Source of the DNA: Macrostomum lignano
Taxonomy: Eukaryota
DNA: 64,000 nt
Direction: 5' to 3'
Assembly (NCBI GenBank): GCA_002269645.1
Contig: NIVC01001028.1
Span: forward strand, 1 to 64,000
Position 1 is the first letter of the stretch, and every line of letters begins with the position of its first letter. Made by a program: the position numbers and the translations under genes. The notes under the pieces were generated by a model, which saw only the letters and a program-made list of their open reading frames with translations, had not been told where the DNA came from and made no database searches. Shown in pieces: positions 10,354 through 21,730 of this stretch.

Positions 10354-12060
10354 TCATTTTAGCGTATTGTCCGCGCGCCTCAAGCAACTCGCACGCAGAA
10401 TCACGTCGTGCAGCAGCTCAAACAGCTCCAGCACAGTCAGCAGAGAGCAGCCCAAATACAATCCGAGAGCGCTGCCGATGTCAGCGATAAACTGGGACAG
10501 ATTGTAGTCAAGACTGAATGTTGTCAGAGAGCTCATTGTCGCATCCGCTCGAAGCGTGACGCTCACTGCGGCTCGCGAAAAATAACGCGATACTCCCTCC
10601 TCGAAACCAAGCCTGTCAGAAGCATCCATAAATTTCATAATCTTGACACCAGTTTCCAAAGACCTATAATCCGTTGGATCCACAGTCGCTATCAGAGATC
10701 CTAACAGGTTTTCCACTAGACGAATCAGGCTGCCCTGGTTCGGCCACAATCCGTACGATGACGTCACATCGTACAGCCGCTGATTGCACAGTCGCTTCTC
10801 TGAGCACGCTTTGTCCCATGAGCTGTTTGCGCTGTCAGCGTCTTCTCGAGCTCTCAGAAACGCATTCATATTTCGGTGGATGGTGTCCATCGATGCCGCT
10901 GCAGTGAGGTTGAGACACAAGGCCAAGTGTCTGAACTCCCATGGTGTCGGGTCCGGTGAAGGACTGCAGTTGTACATCTGCTGTCTGCTCCTGGCGATCT
11001 CCGAGTAGTAGCAGTGGGCCTCGCTGTAGCTAAACGCGTCGGCAGAACCGGTGCGCGGGTTGAGGAACAACACTGGCTCGTCGTGCTGTGAGACACACTT
11101 GCCAGGGAAGTCCGACGGCTTCATGAGAACATCTCGCATCGCGATCGAGATATCATAGGCTCTTCCAGGACCAAGGCTGACCACAGTCGACGTGAGTCGC
11201 GAAGGATACTGACCTCTGGGAGTAAGGTAGAGGTACATTCCGCTGCCTTTATCGAATCCGATTGGGTTCTCCAGGTCCCAGTCATACGGATATACATTTA
11301 CTGACTTTCCTGAAACAATTGTAGTCATGTTCGGGAGTCGCTGATCAGGTGGTGAGAACAAACTATTTTCGTCAAAGTCGCGAAAGTATGGATCCAAGTG
11401 TAAATTAAGCTTGAGTCTGCTGTTTGTGTTTTGCATTTTGAGCAACTCAGCGTCGGTCAAGGCCAGCTTAAAGCACTTCAGGTGATTCGGGTGGTACAAG
11501 GTCTCGACCGCAATCGGCTTGTCGAGTGTTGGCTCAGAGCCTGCACTGAATATGCCGAAGTTCATGTAGAAAGTCTGCAGCTTCCGCTGACCGACGATGT
11601 CAGCGAGAACTTTGTACGGGAGCGACTGGATCAAGCTTGTTGGCCGAAGCTCGTCCAGTGCGACGGTAATGTTGGCCGATGAGTTCAGGGAGTTGAGCGC
11701 ATCTTGGAATGAGGCATTTGCAGCGTAGAATGGAGTTTTCACCTGGTCAGCTTCGGACTTGTTCAAGCGACACGTGAAGGATCCAGCTGTTTGCAGACTG
11801 TTGCAAAAGTACACGTCGGGAAACTCGAACGGAACCTTTTCGGCTTCGAACTCGGACTTGACGCCCGGACTGTTGAGCTTCCCAATGTAGACGATGCAGG
11901 TGTTGAGTAGCAGGCCAAGAAAGGATAAAAAAGTGAGCAGCCAGAAAACCCGAAGAGCGACGGGTCGACTCGCAGGAGCCACTCGGCCGATAGCGTGAGC
12001 GGTGGTGTTAGCCACGGAGTCCCGGACAATCTCTGACAGAGGCTGTAGTTTTGAAACCAT
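10354..12060 (-). CDS. DEG/ENaC channel subunit, intronless, copy B, 568 aa
   Basis: Same motifs as copy A; 6 internal amino-acid differences plus divergent extreme termini. Confidence 0.93.
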   Translation of the reverse strand: MVSKLQPLSEIVRDSVANTTAHAIGRVAPASRPVALRVFWLLTFLSFLGLLLNTCIVYIGKLNSPGVKSEFEAEKVPFEFPDVYFCNSLQTAGSFTCRLNKSEADQVKTPFYAANASFQDALNSLNSSANITVALDELRPTSLIQSLPYKVLADIVGQRKLQTFYMNFGIFSAGSEPTLDKPIAVETLYHPNHLKCFKLALTDAELLKMQNTNSRLKLNLHLDPYFRDFDENSLFSPPDQRLPNMTTIVSGKSVNVYPYDWDLENPIGFDKGSGMYLYLTPRGQYPSRLTSTVVSLGPGRAYDISIAMRDVLMKPSDFPGKCVSQHDEPVLFLNPRTGSADAFSYSEAHCYYSEIARSRQQMYNCSPSPDPTPWEFRHLALCLNLTAAASMDTIHRNMNAFLRAREDADSANSSWDKACSEKRLCNQRLYDVTSSYGLWPNQGSLIRLVENLLGSLIATVDPTDYRSLETGVKIMKFMDASDRLGFEEGVSRYFSRAAVSVTLRADATMSSLTTFSLDYNLSQFIADIGSALGLYLGCSLLTVLELFELLHDVILRASCLRRADNTLK

Positions 12061-12820
12061 AATTCTTTAGTTTTACCTAAAGCTCAGACTGTATTTGTAG
12101 TTTTTGTGGGTTACAATTTTAACGCATTATATTTAACTGCAGCTATATCTTCCCACTGGGCTTTGGACTTTAACTGGAGTTCTTTTTCGCTGCATTTATA
12201 CTTGCATTGTTTCCATAGCAACGAGCTCTGCGCCGTAGCAGTTCCGTCCACGGTCAGTTTGTTTACCTAATTGTGCAGGTGCTCGTTCAATCGCGAGTTG
12301 GTTCCAGTCAGTGAGTTAGACTTCTCTTTTTTGGAAAATATTAATTAATTAGAGGCAGGTTATGCGTGAACTCACCCTCGCAGGCACTTCATGATCTCGG
12401 AGAATAACTTTTGTCACAGTGTTTGCTCAGCTAAATTAATTACTGTGGTTGCTAGCATGCAAGCAAAATCTGGTTAGCGGTGCAATTGGACTTCCGGTGT
12501 TTTACAGTAAAACTAGGGAATTTGGCTATGGCATCGTTCTCAGATTAGTGCTACATTATTGTACATGTGTGTTAACTACGATGGAGTTTGTACTATGTGT
12601 CCTCTATTTTTAAAGTAAAGTTTACTTTAATCCTTTATTAATCCTTGTATGATATTCCAGCTTAAGTTTTTGGAACTTACATACTTCTTTGAATTTAAAT
12701 GCATGAACAGTGAGTTACACGTATGCTGTGTATAAGGGCCTGCTTTATTTACATAGCCCTAAACAGTTTCTATTCCTATGAAACTCTAGATAATGAACAT
12801 CTAGGGGATTGCAGCCATAA

Positions 12821-13110
12821 GGGGTTGTAGCCTAGCGGTTAGAGCGTGGGACTCACGACTTGGAGGTCGGGGGTTCGATACCCGATCCCACTGGAAAAAT
12901 CTGTGTCCTTGAGCAAGACACTTAACTCTGCATTGCTTCAGTTCACCCAGCTGTAAAATGGGTGCCAGCATTAGCTGGGGGAATTGAGGATGTGTGTGGC
13001 GACCCCCCAGTCCTTGGACTGAACAGCCGTACGCAGCCTTCAGATGCGCCACGCAAAACCTGCGGCTGAGCTGTCGGTTGCACATCTGCCCATTGGCTGA
13101 TACAATTATT
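12821..13110 (+). mobile_element. tRNA-derived SINE with CORE-like central domain
   Basis: Pol III A box TAGCCTAGCGGTTAG and B box GGTTCGATACC; central TGTGTCCTTGAGCAAGACACTTAAC...CTGTAAAATGGG resembles the MIR/CORE-SINE core; 3' part shared with 28304-28500. Confidence 0.8.
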
Positions 13111-13249
13111 ATTGAGCACCGAAGTTTTATCATTGAGAACCTAAGCGCGGGATGGACCCTATACTACGTATGACAGAGCCCATTTTATAGTTTGAGCGCT
13201 GATTGGACACTGACATTATAACTTCCCTGTCCTCCTGGCTACTTGGGGT

Positions 13250-13890
13250 CAACGTCCGATTTTACGGCTTGAAAAGATACCTGTTGATAAGGCTCAAGTC
13301 TTCTTCGAGCAGCTCTCAGTGCAGGTGAAGGCAACGGTGCAGCATGACACATTGGTAGTCCTGCGCGCGGCCGGAACGGAACACGGAGGCAGGCACTCTG
13401 CTCTCTGCACACAGATCCCGTCGACCGCCGCACCATCACACCGCTAGCTTTTCGGTTCGATCATCGGCTCCTTGTCTGAGAAACCTCCGCTGTCAATCTG
13501 GCGTTTCCTCTGAAAATGCCATTGTTGGAGGAGAAGTTCAGCAAAGCACCAGTCAGCACTGCCGATGTTGTGAGGCTCGCCTAACAGTTTGCCGGGCAGG
13601 AAAGCGCGTAGGGTCCGGATTGAGGTCCCCATCGAGGCATTGCGAATCCACTGTGTGGCCAGTGAGATCGCCAGAGTGATGGATTGCGTGCTCCTCGGTG
13701 AGGAGACACCCAACGAATGGACCATGGCCCAAATCGTCGCTATTCCTAAGAAGGCAGGCACCACAAGGTTTGAGTAGCATCGAGAGGCATCTCCCTCCAG
13801 TTCTGCCCTGTGCCGTGAAGCTCTTCAACCGGATGTTGTTGCCCCGGTTTCAGCCCTTGCTGCATCCGCACTTGCGTCCTGAGCCGCTGC
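13250..13890 (+). mobile_element. Degenerate RTE-like LINE fragment (endonuclease remnant and RT N-terminus)
   Basis: QHDTLVVL; EWTMAQIVAIPKKAG, *HRGISL, KLFNRMLLPRFQPLLHPHLRPE. Confidence 0.7.
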
Positions 13891-16147
13891 GTCCTCGTAG
13901 TCGACTTGTTCGTAAGGGCCGTCACGAGCTCCCAATGGTTGCCCTGTACGTAATACGTACCAGAACAGCTGGTTTCCTTCATCATGGCAATGTACCGAGA
14001 CACGAACACTTCTAGTATAGGTCAACACCGGACGGTCTGCTGCAGTCAACGAGTGAGTCGACGCCAGCCGGAGGGGCTGCTAAATCAGTCTGCTTGGCTT
14101 TGGTGACGATCTCTTCCTGCTGTCCTTAACCGTTGAGGGTGCCCAGCGACAGCCGGACAAGATTCACAGAAGACAGTCGTGCTCTGCCTGCCATGGTCTT
14201 TACAACACTAATCAGCCGTATAGACACTGACTGACAGACTCTTAAACAGTAAGTTGACGTAGTGCAAGTTTTTCTGCTATGTACTGTCCTTCAGATCGAC
14301 GACAAGAGCACTGTGCACTGGGGAGTTTCTCTCGGTGGGCAGGTCTTGAGTGGACGAATGTGTCCGAGAAAACTTCGGCTACGGCAGGATTCTGCAACTT
14401 GATCTGAGAAGGTCCCACAATTCTTTCTTGGTAATATACATGTACATGTAGGATTTGGAAGTTTGTGACTGATGATTTGCGTCTGAGATGCCAAGACAAA
14501 TCCTAGTACTGGTACTGATCGTTGTATTAGCTCCGGATTACCTCGTTTTTTTACATCAGCAGCGTTCTCTCTCAGCTGCAGCTTTGTGCCATCCAGTGGA
14601 AAGCTTCTAGTTCGATACGCTGGTAGAGAATCTCTAGCTGCATGGATATCCAAATTGAATAAGGGATTGATCAACTCTACCTTTGCAAACTCTACCATTT
14701 CTGTACTGCAGAGTACCGCTGCTTGTTAGTTTGCACAATGGTCTTTATCGATGCCGCTGATGTACGTCGCAATCCATATCACTAAAGGTATAGCTGTGCT
14801 GTTACCATAGAAAACGTGAAATTTTATAGCGCAAAATTTTTTCTGCCAACACAGGCGACCTGTTGCGGCGTCGAAAATTTCAGCTAGCCGTAGGCCATCA
14901 TGTCATCCAAGCCGAATGGTATACCCCATTGCAGTATTCTGATTACACATGATGCAACCATGCAGGACATAAAACGAAAGATTGTGTAATTTTTAGGAGG
15001 CCAATTTCCCGTAAAAATTACACTGTGGAGATAGGCAAAAATTTTTTATCACAAAATCAATGAATGCATTTGATCTGGGGCAGTGAAGATTACTATTTAT
15101 TTAGCATGTTACTGCTCGTCCATTTTATTAAATTGTTAGTGAAAGTTTAGATCATTTTCATCTTAATTGTTTCCTTTTCGTTTAATTAGCCTTAGTTGCA
15201 AGTACCCATGGAACTTGTTTGTTACTTCTGAAATCAAGTATATTTCTAATCGTAATGAACGTGCAACCGAGAGAAACGTGTATTATTCAAGAGTGTCAAA
15301 AAGCATATTATAGAGGGGGCGAGGTGGACTGAGCAATCGATAGCAACGTACATGATTGGGGGACGAGGCGGCTGGGGCGCAGATGAGCGTACAATAAATT
15401 ATAGTCACAAGTGCATCACTGACACTAATACCCGATATCCGATTTTAACATCGATGTTTCGACGATTTATGAACAAGGACTTCTAGAAGTCCTTGTTTAT
15501 GAAGTGTCAGATCAAAGTACATCTTCTAGATATACATTGTAAGCTTTAAAAAGCATATTTATTTTTAGATTATTAGAATTAATCTTTGGTATCCTCAAAT
15601 CGCTTTTATTGCTAGTAAAATTTACTTTGTTCAGTAAGAATTGTTTTATGGCGACTACGTTTTCAAAATAAATTTTGTCGACCATGTTCCTGGAAATGCA
15701 TAAGACTTAATAAGACCTAGACTAGACTAGACTAGATATCAATATTGAATCAGGCTTGTAAAGTGAAGCTGGAAGGTTATAATTAGGCCTACTCGAATAA
15801 ATTGCAGTCATTACCGTTGCTATTAGGGAAATTCATTCACATATATTTATGATTTTATAGCTTATAAATAGACATTACCACGCAGTTTAAAATCCAGTTT
15901 CTTCTTTTTTTATTGAGAGTTTGTAGGTGTATATTATAATTCTATGGGTAAATGCAAGACTCATTTAATTTTGTCCTAGTCCTACCAATATTTTGAACAA
16001 AAGTAAAGTAAGGCTTTTAAGGCCTAACATACATGCTTTATTTCTTTGAAGCACTTCAACAAAATCCGAAGGTTGCAACTTTTGTTACAAATTTTCTTGT
16101 AAATTGTAACTTTTTATTTAAAGCTTCTTGACTTAAATTTATTGATA

Positions 16148-16177
16148 ATGGAAGTTGTACAAAACTTTAATAAAGAG
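16148..16177 (+). CDS. SCAF8: SCAF4/SCAF8 exon 1; model join(16148-16177,24216-24572,25126-25545,26095-27244,28623-29281), 871 aa
   Basis: ATG GAA GTT GTA CAA AAC TTT AAT AAA GAG|GTAAGT = MEVVQNFNKE, matching the SCAF8 start MEAVKTFNSE; phase 0 fits the acceptor before 24216. Confidence 0.85.
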
Positions 16178-16984
16178 GTAAGTTTGTAATGTTTTATATG
16201 TTGTCTGAAGTTTTTTTTATAACTTTAACTAAATATGCTAGATTTCTATCTTGAATCTTGCCCAATTGGGACAAATTTTATCAATGATTCTTATTGTTAT
16301 TATTATGGCATTCCTTTGGTTTACGTTCATTTTTCTACCCACATTTTGGTTTACGATCCCTATGTAAATTTCCATTTTAGCCATAATGGCCTAATTGAAA
16401 AAAAACTATGCATATTGATATTTGGTTTACTAAAGAAACTGAATGATAGAAGATCTAATGTCTTATGTCTAGTGTCCTATATCCATAGTCAAGAAGATGG
16501 CCTTTTTCACAAAAAATTCTATTACAAAAAGGGGTTAGACATGTGCCCTATTGATGCATTCCAGCACAATAGCAAGCAAAGGAGAAAAATCTAGCATAGT
16601 ATAGTGCAAGACAAAAAAATTGGTAAAATTTGGTATAAGACAAAAGCTTTTAATAAGACAATATTTCCTTAGACCAAAAATTAGCTTGTAGTTTCTTTTT
16701 ATTAGCACTTTTTGCTGGTGTATTGATTGCTTATTTATTTCATATACATAAACATTGCATTTTCTTTCTATAAAACAGATTCAAATATATGTTTTAATAG
16801 TATTTTTCAAAAAGTAAATTATATGGATTTTGCATTTTTATAAACAAAATTTCTGACATAGTGTAAGCAAAATTTTTTTGATAGGAATAATTCTGGCGCA
16901 TGGTGCAATCGAATTTTTTTTATAGGATTGGTCTGGTATAAGTATGCCATGATTCTGACTATGTGGTCGGAGGTATTTCTATGT

Positions 16985-18465
16985 ATCTACTTTGGTTTAC
17001 AATCATATAAATGGAAACAATACATGTAAATGATTTTGAACCAAAGCTAGTGTGTGTATAACAAGGTTTTAGTGTTTTATAAGCATTATCTAAATTCAAT
17101 CACTATCTCAATACATGCTTTGGTTCACAATCATCTATATGCAAAGCTATTGGAAATCAAGATTTAGACCAAGATGAAATTTGAGATGAGAAAAGTCTGA
17201 AGTCAAGAACTTTTGAGATAAGACAAAATAAGATTTAAAATAATTGAAAAAAATATATTTCATTACAACAAATATGCCATAGGATCAGCAGATCCTTTGA
17301 GTCTGCTGCCAAATCTCTTTGTTGCAAGATTGAAATAATAACAAAAAATGTATTAGTACAAGTTTATATGTCAGCATTTATAAAAATGTTTGCATTTATT
17401 ACAATGATATAAAACTGCTCAACTAACCTAACCTATCATAGAATTTATCCATTTCAAAATTGTCTTGCTGAAATATTCAAACAAAAAGCTTAAGTTCAAC
17501 AATAGAAAATACTTGCCTTTTAACATATTTTCTTAATCAAAAATGTCATTTTTAATGGTCTAAAAATGTCTTGATTTCTCAAAACTCATCTCAAAATTTT
17601 CTACAAAAGTCGAGATTTCTCAAGACAAGAAAAATTTAAAGATCTTTTCTCGAATCTCGTCTCATCAAGATCTTGCAACACCTTTGTTTATATGTATTGC
17701 TTCCATTTAAATGATTGTGTACCAAAGCTGAGAGGATGTGAAAGACATAGTCACATACATACATGCACAACAGTCAGGCAAGTCAGTTAGCCAACCAATT
17801 TGGTAGCCAACTGAGATAAGTCACAAAAATTCCCACCCGAATAAATACCCAAATAGTACTAAGTAGATAATGAGGCATTTTGCCTTAATAAGACAGTCAT
17901 ATTTATTCTTGCCATTTACCCAAAGTTGCAATAATTTTGCTCTAGGGTTTCTTTTATAAGAAAGTCACATTTTGGCCTAAAACTACATTCACATTTTTTG
18001 TTAAAACTAAGTCACATGGCTGACAGAATTTTGGAGGTTGCGCATATATTGTCACATATACTTATTTGTTCAACTTGGACTTGTTAGCAATTGAAATGTA
18101 TTGAATTAATGTGCACTCCAAATTAAATTAACACTTTATTCCCTGCATGCTATCCCCCCTCAGCTTTGGTTTATAATCATTTAAATAGAAGCAATACATG
18201 TAAATGATTGTGAACCAAAGCTAGCATGTATTAAGATAGTGATTGATTTCAGATGATGCTTGTTATATACACACTTGCTAGTTGGTTCACAATCATTTCT
18301 TCCATTCAAATGATCATCAACCAACGTGGATATATATGATCCTCTTCATGGATTTGTTTTTGGAAATCGAATTCATGCAATATAACCCCCTTATACACAT
18401 GCTAGCTTTGGTTCATAATCATTTACATGTATTTCTTTCTGTTCAAATGATTATAAACCAAAGTG
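16985..18465. repeat. Dispersed degenerate ~60-bp palindromic units in SCAF8 intron 1
   Basis: CTTTGGTTYAYAATCAT...ATGATTRTGAACCAAAG units or half-units near 16990, 17118, 17700, 18162, 18282 and 18404. Confidence 0.6.
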
Positions 18466-19976
18466 GAAATATACTCATAGGATTGTCTTCATGGATTTGT
18501 TTTTGAATTTTTGGAATTGTGAAATCAATCACTAAAACCCCTTAACCTTTGGTTTTTTATTTGCAACATGAAGTGATAGTGCTATAGTGGATAAATAAAA
18601 AGGATTGGAGTGCTTGTCAATTGTTCATTTGCATTTTGATAAAAAAGCAACACTTTTGTCTCTTCCCTATCTCTCTAATGAGGAGCGTCACTAATTTCAA
18701 TGATTGCAAACCAAAGGAATTCCATTATTATTATTATTATTATAAATATTATTATAGTATTATATATTATATTGATTTATATTTATATAATGTGAGAGGA
18801 GAGAAGAACTCTACCATTTTAGCTATATCCTCTTTGATGGGACATTTTAGGCCTTGGCAAAGAGAACTTAATATTGTAATAGATCAAGTGTTGAAACTAT
18901 TGCTAAACTATTGCCAATATTGGGCTCTTGCAAGATTTTTATAATTTTAATTCTAGTCCTAACTGTTTATAAATGATAAAAGAAGTTGTTAATCAATTTT
19001 CTTTCTTTTAAACAAAATATAAATTTTTGCTTTTTGAGCCACTTTAGCTACTTGGATTTTTACACATAGAATGTAACAGTATATTTGATATAATATTAGT
19101 TTAGGGTCCTTTAAAAATCTTTTTTTAAATACTTCTTGCTAGACAAAGTTACGTATAATACAAGAAAAGTTTGTTAAGTCTCAAAAACAGTTTGTAAATA
19201 TATGATTACTTACTAACTAGCACAACTGCCCTTTGTTGGGAGGGGGCAATCCCAATTCTATTTAATATTCTTAATTCTTAATATTCTATTTAATATTTAA
19301 TATTCTTTTTGGTCAAATATGTTTCATTCTATTTTGGTCAAAATTGAATAATATTTTAAGCTTTCACCTTATAATAGCAACAATATTAGATAAAAAAGAA
19401 AAAAATACTCTTTTTGTAAGTTAGCATTGTAGTAAATTTTCTTCTAGAGTAAGAAATCTTATTAATATTATCTACTTTGATAATAATAATTCAATATCAA
19501 AATGGTATCATCTGTAAACAAATCTAAAAAGAACCTAAATTTAGAATATAGATGCTATAAACCCCTATTAGAATAAGTAAAATTTTTATAGATAGTCATT
19601 TGGCACTCTTCAAAAAGTATTTGAGCTAGGCCTATCAGATTTGTTGAAGACTAGACTAAGTTTAAATTCTAAAGATAATATGATAAAAGCCAAAAATCTT
19701 TCATTAGCTATAACATAAACTAATTTTAGATTTTTTAAAAATTAAAGCTAATTTAGTCTACCTTAATATTGTGACAAGTCATAGAAACACCTTATAGTTT
19801 ATAATTAAGAAAATGGCCATTGTTATAACAAATTCTAGTGTATACAAGGGAATTCTAATACATTTGGCATATAATCATGGCACATGCTAAGGTCTTTATT
19901 GTATATAGTGCACAACTTTTTAGCAGCTATTGTAAAACATTTGTTAAATGATTTTGAATTTTTTATTGTTTAATTA

Positions 19977-21730
19977 CGAGGGATGTTCCATAAGTACTTA
20001 TACTTTTGCATGCTGCTCAGGAACTACGCAACCAATCATTGTAAGTTTTATGTCGCTGGAAAGCGGCTTTACTCATCTTTAATCTGTCGCCAAAATCATT
20101 TCGTTCTGTCAACTATGTCAAAAGTTACAACAAAAAACGTAGTCAAAGGTCACCCATAGACTTACAAGAAATTTAAAGAGCAACAACTACAATGGCAAGC
20201 ATGAAAACAGAGGCGCGTTGTTGATGACAGAAAGTTTGACTTCTTTGTCACTCATCCTCAGTCGGTACCGACACCTTCTCAACGTAGTTTCCACCGGAGT
20301 TGATGCACTTGGTCCACCTGTTAAACATGCTTTTGATGGCTTCTGCGTACAGCTGTCGGGGGATGACATACAGCAGAATTCTGCGGACTTCCTCCTCGAT
20401 CTGGTTCCTGGTCTCGTACACGCGTCCTTTCAGATGGCGCTTCAACTCTGGAAATAAAGCAAAGTCTGCTGGTGCCAGGTCTGGAGAGTAAGGAGGGTGA
20501 GGTAGAAGATGGAGCTTCAGCTTGCTGATTGCCTCGACTGTCTTTTGTGCTGTATGAGGCCTTGCATTGTCATGATGAAGAATGAAAGGTCTGGGATTTT
20601 CACGACGCTTGTTCTGGATGTCATGATGCAGCTTTGTTAGCGTTTCAACGTAGCGCTCAGAGTTTATTGTAGTGTTTGGCTCCAAAAACTCGACAGTTAG
20701 AGGACCATTGCAGTCGAAAAACAGAGACAGCATGATCTTCTTTCCATGTGCGTCCCTTTGAGCTTTTACCGGAGGATCAGAGCCCTTCAGCATCCAGACC
20801 TGGGAATCACGTTTCGTTGGTGGATCAAAATGGGGAATCCAGGTTTCATCTCCAGTGACTATCATTCGATGGAAGAGATCCCAACCACCGTATTCTTCCA
20901 TCATCCGAATATTGGCCTGACAAATCTGCTGCCTCTGCAGTCTCAAGTCCGAGGTGAGTAGGCGTGGCACCCAACGAGCAGTCAGCTTGACAAAGTCCAT
21001 GCGCGACAAGCAGCGATGCACAGTTGTGCTCGGCGTGTCCAGTCTATCTGCAATCTGTCGAATCGTTAGCCGACAATCTTCGTCCAGCAGATCAAGAATT
21101 CGATCGGTGAGAGCATCAGAGCCTGATGTGCAGGGGCGGCCCGACCTCGGCAAATCAGCAACATTGGTCCTTCCTGCTTCGAACTGCTCAACCCAGTTGT
21201 AGACGGTCATCCTGCTCACCGCATTAGCTCCATGAATGTTGCATAAATCCGCATAAATCTCTGATCGCTTTTTTCCGAGTTTCCAGAGGGTAAAAATTGC
21301 AGCGCGCTGTCCTTCCCTTGAGTTCACATCCATGGTGATGCAGCAGCAGCCAAGGTGGTGAAACTTTACAAGATTAAGATGCTGTGATCTTAAGATTAAG
21401 ATGCTGTGAAAGCTTAGGCCAGTATTTTCCATAGACGAAAAGGGTGTGGCATTCGCTTATGAAGCAAAAAAGAATGCATTATGTAGAATCCGAAATAACT
21501 CTGCGTGCTGAACTTTGAAGTTTTGATTTTGAAAATTTCTTGTAAGTCTATGGGTGACCTTTGACTACGTTTTTTGTTGTAACTTTTGACATAGTTGACA
21601 GAACGAAATGATTTTGGCGACAGATTAAAGATGAGTAAAGCCGCTTTCCAGCGACATAAAACTTACAATGATTGGTTGCGTAGTTCCTGAGCAGCATGCA
21701 AAAGTATAAGTACTTATGGAACATCCCTCG
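19977..21730 (-). mobile_element. Full-length mariner transposon, 1754 bp, 198-bp TIRs, TA target duplication
   Basis: TIRs 19977-20174 and 21533-21730 start CGAGGGATGTTCC and show no mismatch that I could find; TA on both sides; lies in SCAF8 intron 1. Confidence 0.97.
20248..21333 (-). CDS. Mariner DD34D transposase, 361 aa from MDVNSREGQR
   Basis: HTH N-terminus, WVPRLL, IVTGDETW, HHDNARPH, YSPDLAPADF with 34 residues between second and third Asp; no stop or frameshift. Confidence 0.95.
   Translation of the reverse strand: MDVNSREGQRAAIFTLWKLGKKRSEIYADLCNIHGANAVSRMTVYNWVEQFEAGRTNVADLPRSGRPCTSGSDALTDRILDLLDEDCRLTIRQIADRLDTPSTTVHRCLSRMDFVKLTARWVPRLLTSDLRLQRQQICQANIRMMEEYGGWDLFHRMIVTGDETWIPHFDPPTKRDSQVWMLKGSDPPVKAQRDAHGKKIMLSLFFDCNGPLTVEFLEPNTTINSERYVETLTKLHHDIQNKRRENPRPFILHHDNARPHTAQKTVEAISKLKLHLLPHPPYSPDLAPADFALFPELKRHLKGRVYETRNQIEEEVRRILLYVIPRQLYAEAIKSMFNRWTKCINSGGNYVEKVSVPTEDE

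Noticed and set aside
4198-11682. Plus-strand ORFs repeated over both DEG/ENaC copies
   Set aside because: Antisense shadows of the channel CDS; their duplication only reflects the gene duplication.
12821-12895. Possible tRNA gene
   Set aside because: A and B boxes are present but the anticodon stem does not pair and the sequence continues into a SINE body.
14291-14698. 135-aa minus-strand ORF that could be the first exon of a gene divergent from SCAF8
   Set aside because: A possible donor follows KKR, but I found no convincing downstream exon or recognisable motif.
16235-18944. AT-rich ORFs at 16235, 18282 and 18621
   Set aside because: Non-ATG or low-complexity frames inside SCAF8 intron 1 with no domain signal.
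21334-21432. 33-aa N-terminal extension of the transposase ORF
   Set aside because: Contains an 18-bp direct duplication and no homology; mariner similarity begins at MDVNSREGQR.
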